Assembly (NCBI GenBank): GCA_036172245.1
Contig: JAYWIR010000082.1
Span: 1 to 64,000, forward strand
Direction: 5' to 3'
Length of the DNA: 64,000 nt
Source of the DNA: Raillietiella orientalis
Lineage: Eukaryota
Position 1 is the first letter of the stretch. The number at the start of each line of letters is the position of its first letter. Shown one piece after another: positions 51,673 through 64,000 of this stretch. The notes under the pieces are model-generated. The model made no database searches. It saw nothing but the letters and a program-made list of their open reading frames with translations, and was not told where the DNA came from. A program made the translations under genes and the position numbers.

Positions 51673-54600
51673 TCAGTGGGAGCGGAGGTCTCCATCACGG
51701 GAACGGAAGCAGCAGCCTCCAACTCCCTCTTTCGCTGCTGCGCGCGGAACAGCCGGTCTTCCTGTGCGGCAGATGCGCACGCCGCTCGCAGCAACCAAGA
51801 ATTCCGGGAGCGCGGACGGGACGAAGGGGAAGAAATTTCACGTGCTCCCCGTTCGTTCGACGCACGGTCTGCCAGTCGCCTGGTGCACGGTCTGGGAGGC
51901 AGCGCCACGCGGCTTCGCCTTCCCTGTGCAGAACGTGGAGCCGTCAAGCGGATGGACCGAGGCGGCTGACGAGCTGCTCCTTCTGCGGCCGCCTGAAAGC
52001 CCGCGCACGCGATTCCCGCCCGTCGAAACGGAGGGGCTGCGCTCGTATTCCCGCAGCCGCGTGGGAAAACGCGCGCGCATAGGAACCAAGTAGGCACAAA
52101 GGGAAGAGGAATCTCTACGCAAGCTGGAATGGATGCTTGCAGCAATCAAGAAAGGCACGCGACGCCGACCGTCCGGATGCAGGACCCCGACAAAGACGTT
52201 TTTGCCTTTGAGCGAGGAGAACGGTGCTTGCAGAGTCAGCGAAGGGATCCGTGCGTCTGGAGACGAGCTGTGGCTTGCAGAGAAGAGACGCCAAAGGAGA
52301 TGGCGGATTCTGCTGCCGCGACCATGGAAGACCGGTGTGCCAAAGGTGTGGCTGGTGGCCAAGAGAAGAGGAGGTGCAGAAGCCTGGCTTCTTCAAGGAG
52401 GAGGGGGTTCGGTCTTCCGGAAGCAGCATCTGCACTCCCGTCGCGCGGCGGAGGCTGCCTTGGACACCGAAGGCAGCAAGACGTCAGGGATGACTTCCGT
52501 AGCCGTCGTAGTCGTAATATTCGGACACGACGAGAGACGTGCATAGGAGGGGCGCGAAGAGGATGCCCGCATGCCGGACGTTCGTCACGACGCAGACCTG
52601 AAAGGCACGAAGAGGTTCGCTTCCTGGGATTCTCGAGCAGGGGAGACGCGATGACGGCAACGGCCCACTCACTCCGCAGCGGTCGGAAGCGACGACTCTG
52701 TTCGACCGCCCAGCTCGGCCTCCGATCCGAGCGTCCGTCGCGGGCAGCAGGGTGGCAGCGCACTCGCCCACCGGTCTGGCGGAGCGGCAGATGGCGACGC
52801 GGGGGCGGTTGGATCGCGATCGCTAGGCTCACTAGGGCGGTGGCAGCGGTGGCGGCTCGCAGCCTGCCCTTGGCTTTCCCGAGGAGGCGGCGGCCCGAGC
52901 AGGGTCGAAAGCAGGCGGCGCGGTGGGGATGTGGGGGAAGGCGACGCCGGGAGAGGATGTCGCTCCTGAGTTGCTGCTGCTGGCTTTCGCACTCGTAGCG
53001 GACAGCTGGGAGCGCAAGCATCTCATGCAGGTCTCATCTTCTGCTGCAGAGAACGCAAAGACGAAAGCGTACACACCCGCCGTCCGTCCTCCCTTCTGCG
53101 GTTGGGACGGAAGATCCGTCTTCCTGCTATGGCTCAGGAGGACGACTGCCACCTTCTTGTGGACTGCATCGCCCTTCGTCCCCTCTGAAGTCGTCTTGCG
53201 AAGATCCTGAACATTGGCTCCAGGGACATTTTCAGGAGACTCTTTTCGCGTGCCGCCTTGCCCCCGGCCGCGTCTGTATTGGAGCTATGCTGCATTCGTG
53301 GAGTCGTGGCGGCATGGTACGCGTCCAGAAGAGGCAGGAATGGCGGAGATGCGCATCCATTGGACGCGCATCTTTGTGCGGAACATCTCCAGGTAGCCCT
53401 ACCTGGATGCAGCTAGGACGCAACTTGCTAGGATCCTGAACGGGATCCAGAGGACCGCTCCACGCGCAATGTAATCCCCTTTCTGCTCTCCTCACCCTCA
53501 CGGGTCCCTATACTCACCACGTTTCACTTTGTGTTTCTTTATTTGTTTTTTCCCTACCGCTGCGCAGTGGATGGACCTCGCCGGTCTTTGCACCGGCAAA
53601 CTGCAAGTTGATGTGACGTGGTGAGCCCTTGGGTTCAGCGCGAGAAAGCTTAATGTATTTTTAATGTAATTCTTAAATAAATGCACCGGCACATCCGGGT
53701 GTTAATGCGACACTCGAATGATTGGTTTCCTCCTCCTCAGGCGGCAAAGCTGCTACGCGCTGCTCCATCCCTTCAAAAACGCTCTCCAGCGAACGTCCGA
53801 ACTTTGGACCAATGCAAGCCAATGTCAGGCGCAACCACAAAGTAGGCAACATATGTTGTCAACGTCTTTTACGAACGATTGACCAGGATGTCGATTCCTT
53901 ATCGGATCTCCATATGGTACAAGTCAACGGGAACGCCTTTTATTGGTTACCGATAAGCAATTCACATGGCCAACATGAAGGATGGAAATTGGTCGGGATT
54001 TACGCTGCTCATCAGTATCCGTTCCTGCTAATCGGTGAAGCTGCCGCCGTGTCAATGGACCAGACCCTTTGAATGCTTCCCATTCTTTGTTGCATCTTGG
54101 ACTAGGACATACTTTGGTTCCGTGCTTTCCATAACTCTTCTCGCAACTGCTGCAACAGAATCCGCATTTGCATGGGAACGGACAAACAAAATTCGAAGGG
54201 ATGTTTGCGGTTGTCTTCGTAGGTGTTTCATTTCGTCTTCGTCTTGGGCAAATGAACCGGCCTGAAAGGATAAGTGTCAAGTGCAAGTAGCACCGAATGT
54301 ACAGTAACATCGCTTGCGCTCTTCCTCATGACGAAAGGACGACAGCACAAAGTAATGTGCATCCCTACCTCTCACACGCTACTCACACTGCTACAAACAC
54401 AAGGGCTTGCGCCCTCAAAGTGTTGATCCCGTAGGAGACTCTGAAGCGAATCACTCGGGACAACGTTCATCATCAAAGTGTGAACGAAGGGAGATTCGGG
54501 TGATGCCTTCATCGTGCAGATGGATGCACCCGCGCTGCATCCCGAAAGTGCCACCGATCGGTCGTCTCCTATACTGGCGAGTAGCCTGTAGAACCGCTGT

Positions 54601-57600
54601 CACTTGAATTTCTCCGGCACGTTGCGGACGTAGCAGCAAGGAGTCCCTATTTCGCGTCCGTCGTCGCACAAGTGCATACGAATGGAGCTTTTCAGCGGTG
54701 GTGCAGCCGACAAGAAGCGCCCATCGTCCCTCGCATTGCAGTGCGCCGCAATCGCGAGAGGTTCATTTTCAGATCCCGAATCTGTTGCCTGCACAGACTG
54801 CGCGGGTTGTGGACCACGAAAGTGAACCTCACGCTGTCGATGTGCTCCCTCAGGGCTAGTTGCCCTGCGCAGCCTAGCGCACTTGGCTGCTAACTTGCAA
54901 TGGCGCCCCGCAGAGTGTGCAAGTGCAGAGCACGGTGGTAACGAAGGCGAAAGACTGGGGTCATTCGGAACGGACGCGTTGCGCGAGCCCATGAACGTCG
55001 GGGAGCTCTCACGTTCCCCGATTCTGCGTTCTTTTCGACGATTCGTAAATTTTCGACCGGCCAAGCTGAACGGTTACGGGCTCGATGGAAGGAACGGCCA
55101 CGGAAAGACGCGAACGCCGAGCTTGTGAGCAGCGCTCGAGTTTCCCGCTGGTACAGCAGGGGCGTCGGCAGGTGCGGTCGAGACGGGGGAGCGCAGGCCC
55201 GCGCAACTAGGTCGACAGAACGGGAGAGGAACCGTCCGTTGTGCTCGCTGGGTGCCGCCCAAGCAGACTCGGGGCTTCCCACGCCTTTCCTTACGCTCGT
55301 TTGTCGTTGGCTCGCTCCCGCATCGAAAGAAAACTGCGTGCGCCCTCAACTCGGTGTTCCACTCTTGGCTGACCAGCGCTGCCTTTCCGCCTTGAGGCCT
55401 GCGGGCCGGAACGCGTCCCTGCCGGAAGCAGTCCGCGACACTTGCAAGTGCGCCGGAAACACGTGATCACGGGAGACCCCTTGCTTGTAACCAGCCAAAC
55501 GATTCTCTGCAGGAGCAACGCTGGAGGAACCCACAATGAGTCTGACCGATCGAAGCAGCCGGGTGCGCCTTGTGTGGCAGAGACCACCGCGGTTGCCTAC
55601 CGGAGGCATGACAGGAGCGCTGCAGCATGGCAGAGTTCCAGCGCACTTCGTCGGAGGCGGGAGAGCGGCAGGGATGCTGAACGCGCAACGTGAGCGTGGG
55701 TGGGTCCGCTTCTGTGGGAAGACGCGCCTAGCGAAAATCACTCCTTCCTTTCCGTCAGCCACTCTTGCTGACAAACGTCCTCATTTAAGGTGATAGAAGT
55801 GGGAAAGTTTTTCCATTCATCCAAGTTCCAGCTGGTGTACAGCCGGAACTTCAGTTCTACGCTACTCGTCCAACAGCAATGCAGGAAGATGCCTGTGAAG
55901 ATGACAGGAACTCCTCGAAGCATTGCACCCCGAGAAGAACGAGGAATTCCGAATGTTGCTCACGGCATGCATTCATCTCCGCTCGGGTCGATGTGCGAGG
56001 TGAGTCGTGGGCGCCTCTCGAAAACGCTCAGAACGCACTCAACCCGTGAGTTTTCACAGTCTCTCCCACGTAGAGATTGCTGTGGAAATCGTCACATGGA
56101 TGGATCCAGTAATAGAATCCCAAGCATTCCGGGAGAGATCGCAGTCTGCACTTCCGTGCTCAGAAATGCTTTTTCCCAACAATCCCGGAAAGATAGGTGC
56201 ATACGTTTCCTGTACACAACTCGTCTTTATTCGTTAAAACAAGAAAGAAAGGAGGAGAAAGGAAGAGGAATGCACGATGCGCAGAGCGCTAGGCGCCGCA
56301 ACAGAAAACGCGGAGCGCTCACTTGAAGAATCGACTTTATCTTCCCGATGCCTAGAGGGACGAAACTCCTGCTACGTAGGTGTCGACACCGGAGCCAGAA
56401 TGGCCAAGGCACCTGGAGACGCCGCTCGAAACGTCTTCGGAGAGCGCAGGGATTGCCGCCTGTCCGCGTGGTTGCCGAGCGGCGCGCTTCTCGTCACGCT
56501 GATCTCCACCGCTCCCTGCTGCAGGCGCCGACTGCCAGGTCGAGGAAATCCTCCGCAGCTTCCCCGGCACCTCCTGGAAACGAACTTTTTTCTTCTCTTT
56601 CCTTCGCTTGTGGTGCAGCCTACGATCTAGGTTCTCGTTCTGGTTCGAGGAATTCCCTGGACGAGCGCCCACCGCTTGCACCCGGTGATTCCGCGCATCC
56701 GATCGCTCTTGGTGCCCTCTTCCACAACCAGGAACACGACTACTTCTTACTGTTCCACCTCCCCCTCCTGGAAAACCACCACCCTCTGAGACGCCTGCTC
56801 CGCACTCCGACTGGTGCCCTCGCTCTCGCCCGCTTTCCGCCCTTCCTGTTCCTCGGACGCCGATGCACGTGAGTCACCCTCCACCTGCTCCAGCGAGGCG
56901 ACAGACGCCTGCTTTGCCCAACGTTTCCGCCGCTGCTGTCCTCCATTCCAGTACCGATCTTCGTGTTCCTCCTGGAACTCTATCACCTTCGCCAGATTCT
57001 CCGGATCCAGCACCTCTTCTTCCTTCTCCCAGTCCAGAATCCCGTCTCCTTACTAGCAACCCAACCTGCTCCGCGGCACCTGCAACTGTCTCATCTTCCC
57101 CATCCTGGTCCTCTGCCTGTTTCTGCGCACTTTGTGCGGCAACGCTGGTCCGCATGCCTCACCGGAATTGCTGGACTGCATCTACACGGTTGTTTCCTCC
57201 TGCAAGCGTGTCGCCTCATCAAGGCACGATCGCCTGATCAAGGCAGAAGCTTTCTCTCGGATGAAAGAATATTTCATCCTTTGTTGCAACGTTCCACGAC
57301 GAAACATGATGCGCGACGCCTTGGAAACGACATGTTTCATTCTGAGCGTATAGCGGAGGAGCGTGGCGCTGGTCGCGCATGCACGCCTGGCGTACGCACG
57401 CCCGAGCGCCGCGCTCTGCGCCCGTCCGACGACGAGCGTTCGCACCGTGCGCACGGGCAAGGCAGGCTGGCGGCACACCCTACGCATCCAGCCGCTTGGT
57501 CGCTTGGCAGCTGTTCTGCAGGCTCGCTGCCCACCAACGGGTAGCCCCTTTGTCACTCGGATTTGCCTCAGCATTGGTTATTCGAATTGTTATCAACCGA

Positions 57601-60600
57601 AAGTTTCTGATGATGTGTCGTCATGGATCTGTTTTGCGTGGTGGAGCATTTGGTTTTCCCACGCGCGGATGACTTGCCGTCAACCGGTACGCAGACCGGT
57701 GAGGTCCTCTCCGTTGGCGGTGGGGGAGGGAATACCGAAAAGACAAATATAAAAAAATCACCAAAAAGGAAGGGAAATGTTTTTCGGGAATGGCAGGGCG
57801 GGGATAGGATCATTGGTCGCCTGGAGTGGTCCTCTGCATCCTGTTACGAATGCTGGCAAGTGCTGGGCGGATATTCCAGAGTCGGGGTTATCGGACGGCG
57901 CTCTTCATGAAGATTTCCGTCCAGTGGGTGGCACCCCTGCTGTTTTACCCTCTTCTGTTCGCGGTCCACCTTGCCCCGATTCCGCGTACGCAGTAGGGAC
58001 CTGCCGGAGAAGCGGCGGGGGCAAGGCGTCACGCAGGAAGAGGCTCCGGAAAAGATGGTATTTGTCTAGATGATACGGAGGAACACTCTCATGTCAAGTT
58101 TCCAGAAGTTGGCGTACCAGTTACCATTGCTGTTTGCGCATCGCTACAGCAATTTCCAGTCCGTTCAAACTTTGCCTTTGAAAAAGAGAAGGTATCCCGA
58201 AACCGTTCGCAGGTCTCTCCGGATCTTGCAGACAGCATACGCAATGCAAAAGGTGGGAAGGACCCTACCTGATTCAAGACGAGCAGGTATGCTGGTGGCG
58301 ATCAGCATCACGAATCGAAGGATTCGGAAATGCAATTGTCCTGCTTTCTGAACGCATGCATCCATACACATATATGCATATGGCGAAAATTTCCCTTGGT
58401 CTAGGTGATGGAATGGCGCCGTCGAAATTCCCTCACCAAGAGTGCCTTTTGTGGGTACTCAGGTTTTCTATCAAACATCTTCCTTGGCAGCAAGTCAAGG
58501 ATTAAAATTTTCGTGGCACTTGCTCAAGTGCCAGCAAGCGATAAGGACGGAAACCTCTGTTGGTCAGCGCTATGAATGCAGTCCGTTTCGATTTGAGGTA
58601 CTTGTACGAAGTACATGCAGCTGCCTTGTTATTTCTTCGACCCCTTCCGTGCATCTCATGTCAATCGGTCCGAAAAGAAACGCAGCAGCATCGCACGTCC
58701 ACCTTCTTCCCAGTCAGACTGGAAAAAGATAAGCAATCGTGTGCCCTCTATTTGTCACTTGGAATTAGTTCTTTCTCTTTCCAGTTCCCTCCAATTCTGC
58801 TTCTCGTTCACACCTCGCAACATCATCGTCTACGAAGGATTTGAAACGCGGTTGAGCACAGTGACCGCTTGCTTGCGTCCGAACCGTCCAGTAGCACGGG
58901 GTGAGCGTTTCTTTGGAGAGTCCAATGATGCAAATGTGATGGCGATTCAACAGCAGCATGCCAACGTTGCGATTTGTGTTCACATCTACTGCTTTCCTCG
59001 CATGTTCCAGTCGAGGTTCTTGGTATGGGTATATTTCATTTACCTGAAAAGAGTCCTACGCATCATGCAAAGGACTGCTCTCCAATGGCGCTGCATGATG
59101 CCTGCCGTCAGGAAAAGCCTGCAGCTCAACTGAAGTCTTCCCGAACATGAACGAGTGCTCGCGGGTGATGCGTCTTGGATGCAACTCCAGGTACCTTGTC
59201 TGCATGAAATAAGCAATTTTGTACTCACGGATGCAGCATCTCCTTGCTCGCATGTGCATCGCGGCGGCGTGCGTTCAATATCTGCCTTTGAATCATTTTG
59301 CATCTCCAAGTTTTACGTCAGCTAAGTTTCATGTTAAAGTGCAACATCACTGAGTTTAGGACGGAAAGGAGCACGCTCGACGCTTCGTATCCGCGACAGC
59401 GAATGGAGGCGATCGGAGATCGCTGGAAAGCTCTTTTTCCTTGGGTAAGGAATCTTCTTCAATCGAGGGAAACAGCCTGTCTGCCCGCAGTCACGCGAGC
59501 CTGCCTGAGTCCGTTTTCCTGTGTACTTGACCAGTTTTGTGCATAGTTCTTTGGCACGAACGCACGCGGAAGTCGCATTTTGCAGACTTCTCGCATCAAA
59601 GTCGAAGCCGCGTGCCCCAACAAGTTGGGATGGGGGTTTGTTCTCGTCGTGCTGGTGCGGCGATGGCGCCTCCTACAACGTGCAGTGAATGGAGCGCCAG
59701 TACGGCTACGATGGTCCGCCGGAGTGCTTCTCGGAGCACGACGAGTGGGTATGTCACTTTGAACGGCGACAGGGCAGCATCTGCAGGAGCACCATCAACG
59801 AGCTGGAGCGGTGCAAGGTGCCGTGTTGTTTCGGAGGCGTGTGCTGGCATTTCGGGAACTGGGAGCTGTCCTAACGGGAGGCGAAAGTAGGAGAGGCTCG
59901 AGTGGGCGCTGTTCGCCGCGTGCACGATCCCCTGCTCGTGGCATGCGAGGGCAGAGGCGATTGGGGGGAAGAGGTGGAACGGATAGGAGCGGACGGGTTC
60001 CCAGAAAGCGGGGAAGGAGTGAGTGGGCAACGGCGATAAGAAGCGCGGATGTTGTGCGAAGGCAAATGACCAACATCAGCCACGAGCAGGTCAGTGAGCA
60101 AGACGTACGCGGTGTGAAAGCACCAGGTGGCTCCATCCCTGAACTGTCGCAGAGGGGCTGGTTGTGCTTGAGAAAACGGTAGCTTATGATGGCAGGAATA
60201 CAACGGATGATGTCCACGTAGCATTCGGGAGGAGACCTTGAGAGAAACCTTTGCACCATCCGAAACCCTTTCAATACGAACTAGCTCCATATTTTGGCCA
60301 GCGGAAGTTTGATAAGAAGACGCAAAGTAAACAGCCGCAATGCCATTGGAAGGCTGTCAGGCACCTGGATTGTACGGAAGAAATCCGAAGTAAATGTATC
60401 CGAAACGTTTCCTGCGAACGATGAAGAACTGAAAGAAAGGAGGTGTTTGTTTTCTAATGCTGCTATCGATATTCAGGTCCAACGTGCAAGCGGCACGGGG
60501 AGCGCTTATGGCACCTCTTGTGCAACACCCCGGTGCAATCTAAAGAAATGCTTGGACGTGGCAGACTGTCAACCAGCAGCCAATTCCTGTCCACCCGCAG

Positions 60601-62099
60601 TTTGTCTTTTCATAAGCAGCTTGTTTCGAACGCTGCACTCTGGTTTCCATGGTGGCGCATTCCGTAGCGCGGGGAATGGTAGGACGTTGGAAGCAAAAAT
60701 GGGCCACCCTCACCTTCACGGACCTCTGCGAACACGGTGATGCGCGGATGTAAGAGGATAAAACGAGGGAGCACAGAGTTGTCTCTGAAACTCCAAAGCT
60801 ATGAGGATCTCGATCGCCATCCATATGCGACTGTACATGAGTTTCCGAGACCTTGCTGTTTGGTATTTTTAGGGAATGTTGAATTTCGACTTGGGTTTGA
60901 ATTCAGTCCCTTAACTAAATGATATTTTGGCTTTTCGCAAAGCTTTCCTAAGCAATCCTCAGCATTTTGTGAAATTGCATTTTGAACTGATATCAAACCT
61001 ACCCCAACGTAACCGCCCTTTTCTGAAGGAATTTGCATAACACTGGCAAGTAAAGAGTTCACTTCTATGTGTATGTATGGATAAGAAAGTTGTCACCGTT
61101 GTTACTGAATAACTTGGAGAAAATTTTTTCCCTCTGCTGTCTTCGGATGTTTGGTGCATTACGTACTGTTATGCGTCGGTGACATGCAATTCTGGAATAA
61201 AAAAAAGAAATTTCCCAAGAGTAGCGGAAGGAGGAAAATGGTTCTCAAGTGTCTGTGCTGCTTGTGGAGGAAAGTTTTTTTTATTTTTACCAGGATCAGC
61301 ATTTTCTTTTTCTTTTCCTTTCTTTGCAGTTTTTTAGTAGACAAGCCGTGAAAAAAAAAAAATAATTTCTTGTTCTGTGGTTCACTCTGAGGGTGTTTTT
61401 TTTCCAGTTTGCTCGTTGCCATGGTTACGAAACTTTCTTCTCCGTTTTTTCCATTCTACCTGTTTATTTGTTGCTCAAGGAAAACGAGGCTTTGGACCCT
61501 CCGCTATATAAATTGATCAACAGGGACTGCATTTTTCACGCGAAGCTGAGGTTTGGAGACATACTAACACAAGGAATCAGTGGTCTGGAACTATAGGGGT
61601 TTTTTTGGCACTCGTTTCCCTGTTATGTGGGTTCGGTTCTCCAGTGGCAGGATGGGTTGCATAATGAACAGAAGAAAAAAGACCACATCGCATAGCAGTT
61701 GAAATTCCTCCAGCTGAAGGAACGAAAAACGTGCTCCTGTTTCTCGATGGAAAGCAGAAAGAAAGAAAGAATTTGTTATTATTGATAAGGTGGTCAGTCG
61801 GAAAGGTCTGTTTTGAACTTTCGGAAAGTATGTTGATCCTTCGCATCCCTTGAGAGATCTCATGTCTTTCCTTTGATCACTTGACTCCAGTGAGAACTGA
61901 AGATGCAATACATTGGACTGTTCTGAAAAGGCGGCTTCCAAGTGCTTTGATGTTTCCTATTTCTAACTCATAATGCACTTGCACAAAAGTTGTATCAGAA
62001 ATAAATGCGTACACTCATTTGTTGATAAACATAACATTTGTTTATTACCAATGATTGAAAAATCAATTCCAACATTTTTGTCTGAAATGGAGTATCAAT

Positions 62100-63395
62100 G
62101 ACGGACCTGAAAAACTTTGACGGTTCCATTGATAACATGGATTCGGTCTCATTGGACTCCTGTTCGCGACGAGGGCAACATCCGTTGCTTCCGGGCAAGC
62201 GGAAGATTCCCTTCCCTCCACCACAGCCAGCACCTGTGCAAGAGTGGAGGCATGGCGCCAACTGGCGCTTGGACATCGCTCAGGCTGCTCACCAATTTGC
62301 TGGGCTTTCCTTTGCCTCATCCCTTGGTTCGGTTCTCCCTCCGGACGGAAAATCCACTGCGGAAAAAGACCACTAGGGCGGAGCTCATCTGCATGCCCGC
62401 CTGGCTCGAGAGGCTTTTCTGTCACAAGGAAGTCATCGAGGCGATTCTGCATGACACATCCATCCGCAGAGTCGCCGACTGGGACAGACTGAAGCATCGT
62501 ATCCATTTGTTCTGCAACATGCAGTTCGGGGACAAGAGACTGAGGCAGGAAGCGTTCCGGGAGCTAAACATCCAAGATGGCTCCCTCTCAAAGTACTATG
62601 AACAGTACGAGAGTCGGTACGTCTTCCAAAACGTAAAAGGGGAAGTCAGCGCGCTGGTGAAGAAGAATCTGGCAACAGACATCTTCTGCATCTAGTACGG
62701 CGGCTACAGCCGGCACACGTCGGAAGACAGAGCACGCCTGTCTCACTGGACACAGGGGAATGTGGATGCCCGATGCGTCGAGTGCGGTGAAAGGGAAACC
62801 TTCCCGTATCTCACCCTCGAGTGTGTCGCCCTGGTTGGACTCTGGAGTAGAATGGCCCCAATCCTCCATCTTCCAGTAGGCGACCCTAAGGAAATTTACC
62901 GTCGCCTCTTTCTGCGTAACAGCCTGCGCCCCGCTGCGTCTCTAGCAGTCCTCTTCTGTGTGCGCTGCATCGTGCAAAGGTGGAACGCGAGAATAAGAGG
63001 CCAAAGATTCAGGGACGCCATCCACTGGACGACGATCTCTTTGGAGACGGCGACAAGGTGGCGTCTACCTCCAATGCTAAAAGCAGAACTTGGCTGTATC
63101 CTGAACAGGATGCGGAGGACCGACCCAGGCGCCCCACTCCCTATTCCTTCCCTGCCCCCCACTCCCTCATGGAACTGTTTCCCTCCCCGTTATTTCTCTT
63201 TTTGATTCTTTTTGTTACAGTTTCCCCTCCCCCTGCGCCTCGGGAAAGGACCTAGCCGGTCTCGGCACCGGCTCCCGAAACGTCTGCCAGCGTGGGAAAA
63301 CCAAGTGTTTTCCCACAAAAAACTATTTACAGACTTTATTAACTAATTTTGTAGGAATTAGATTAATAAATGCCCCGGCATATCCGGGTGACAAA
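62100..63395 (+). mobile_element. L1/Tx1-like ORF2 C-terminus with zinc knuckle, plus 3' UTR; best-preserved copy, probably chimeric at ~62306-62318
   Basis: CVECGERETFPYLTLEC matches the CxxC..ET..H..C knuckle of L1-clade ORF2. One in-frame stop at 62693-62695. AATAAA at 63365 is followed by a terminal hairpin. Confidence 0.8.
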
Positions 63396-63397
63396 CG

Positions 63398-64000
63398 TTG
63401 GAAGACATCGTGGAGGCCTTCCAAAGGCACTACACGGGACACTTCCGACGGCAACACCTGTGTCCGGCAATTCAAAAGGCTTTCCTGAGTCATCTTGAAA
63501 AGAAGACGGATGACCTCCAACGGAAGAGACTGGAAGAGGATTTCTCCGAAGACGAGGTGAACACTGCGTTTCGAGAATTACGCAAGGATGTGGCGGTAGG
63601 TCCTGATAGTGTCCCCATCACTCACTATCAGCGATACCTGCACGCCTACCTGCGTTCATTGCACCAGCTGACCCTCTGCATCTGACAAGAAGGAAGACTA
63701 CCAGAATCCTTCTACGAGAGCAGGATGAGATTGCTGCCGAAAGGAGGCGACCTAACCAAGGTTGCCCAATCTCAATCCTCAACCCCGATGCCAAGTGGTT
63801 GGCAAAGATGTGGGCCAACCGCGTAGGCAAGGTCATGCCGAAGCTCATTTCTCCAGTCCAGACATGCGTGATGCCCGGACGCCACATGTCGGATAATGTC
63901 AAATGCGCCCAGGCCACTGTCGATACATCCGTGAGAATCTTGTGCTGGTGTGCACTGACATGGAGAAAGTTTTCGACGCCATCGACCATGGGATGCTTCT
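63398..64000 (+). mobile_element. L1/Tx1-like reverse transcriptase N-terminal region, frameshifted, running off the window
   Basis: FSEDEVNTAFRELRKDVAVGPDSVP, PISILNPDAKWLAKMWANRVGKVMPKLISPVQTCVMPGRHMSDN and DMEKVFDAIDH are non-LTR RT subdomains. Confidence 0.9.

Larger units (their letters stand above)
39342..62318 (-). repeat. Right arm of giant inverted repeat (~23 kb)
   Basis: Reverse complement of 14674-37653. Differences seen: 3 slippage indels and 2 substitutions near the ends. Confidence 0.98.

Noticed and set aside
14674..62318. Arms as terminal inverted repeats of a giant transposon or linear virus
   Set aside because: No transposase, polymerase B or capsid gene is in the spacer, no target-site duplication is evident, and the breakpoints cut through a host gene and a LINE.

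Overview
Eukaryotic, probably arthropod, repeat-rich DNA. (1) 1-11490 is a ~278-bp satellite array that reverses orientation at 8452/8453 and decays outward. (2) 14674-62318 is a ~47.6-kb palindrome: two nearly identical ~23-kb arms (14674-37653 and 39342-62318) around a 1.7-kb AT-rich spacer. Each arm holds an intact PLRG1/Prp46 gene, a class-2 DHODH gene (complete only on the right, because its 5' end lies in the spacer), an older ~1-kb DHODH exon/intron duplicate, a decayed Wolbachia-like insert (ferredoxin plus ddl), a probable toti-like dsRNA-virus RdRp relic, and several decayed copies of one L1/Tx1-like retroelement. That element's 3' UTR carries a stem-loop with compensatory changes. 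(3) L1/Tx1 fragments continue at the right end. The palindrome junctions are native on opposite arms (outer-left, inner-right), which suggests a flipped spacer. All homology calls are by eye and from recall and need database confirmation. An amplification or assembly origin for the palindrome cannot be excluded.
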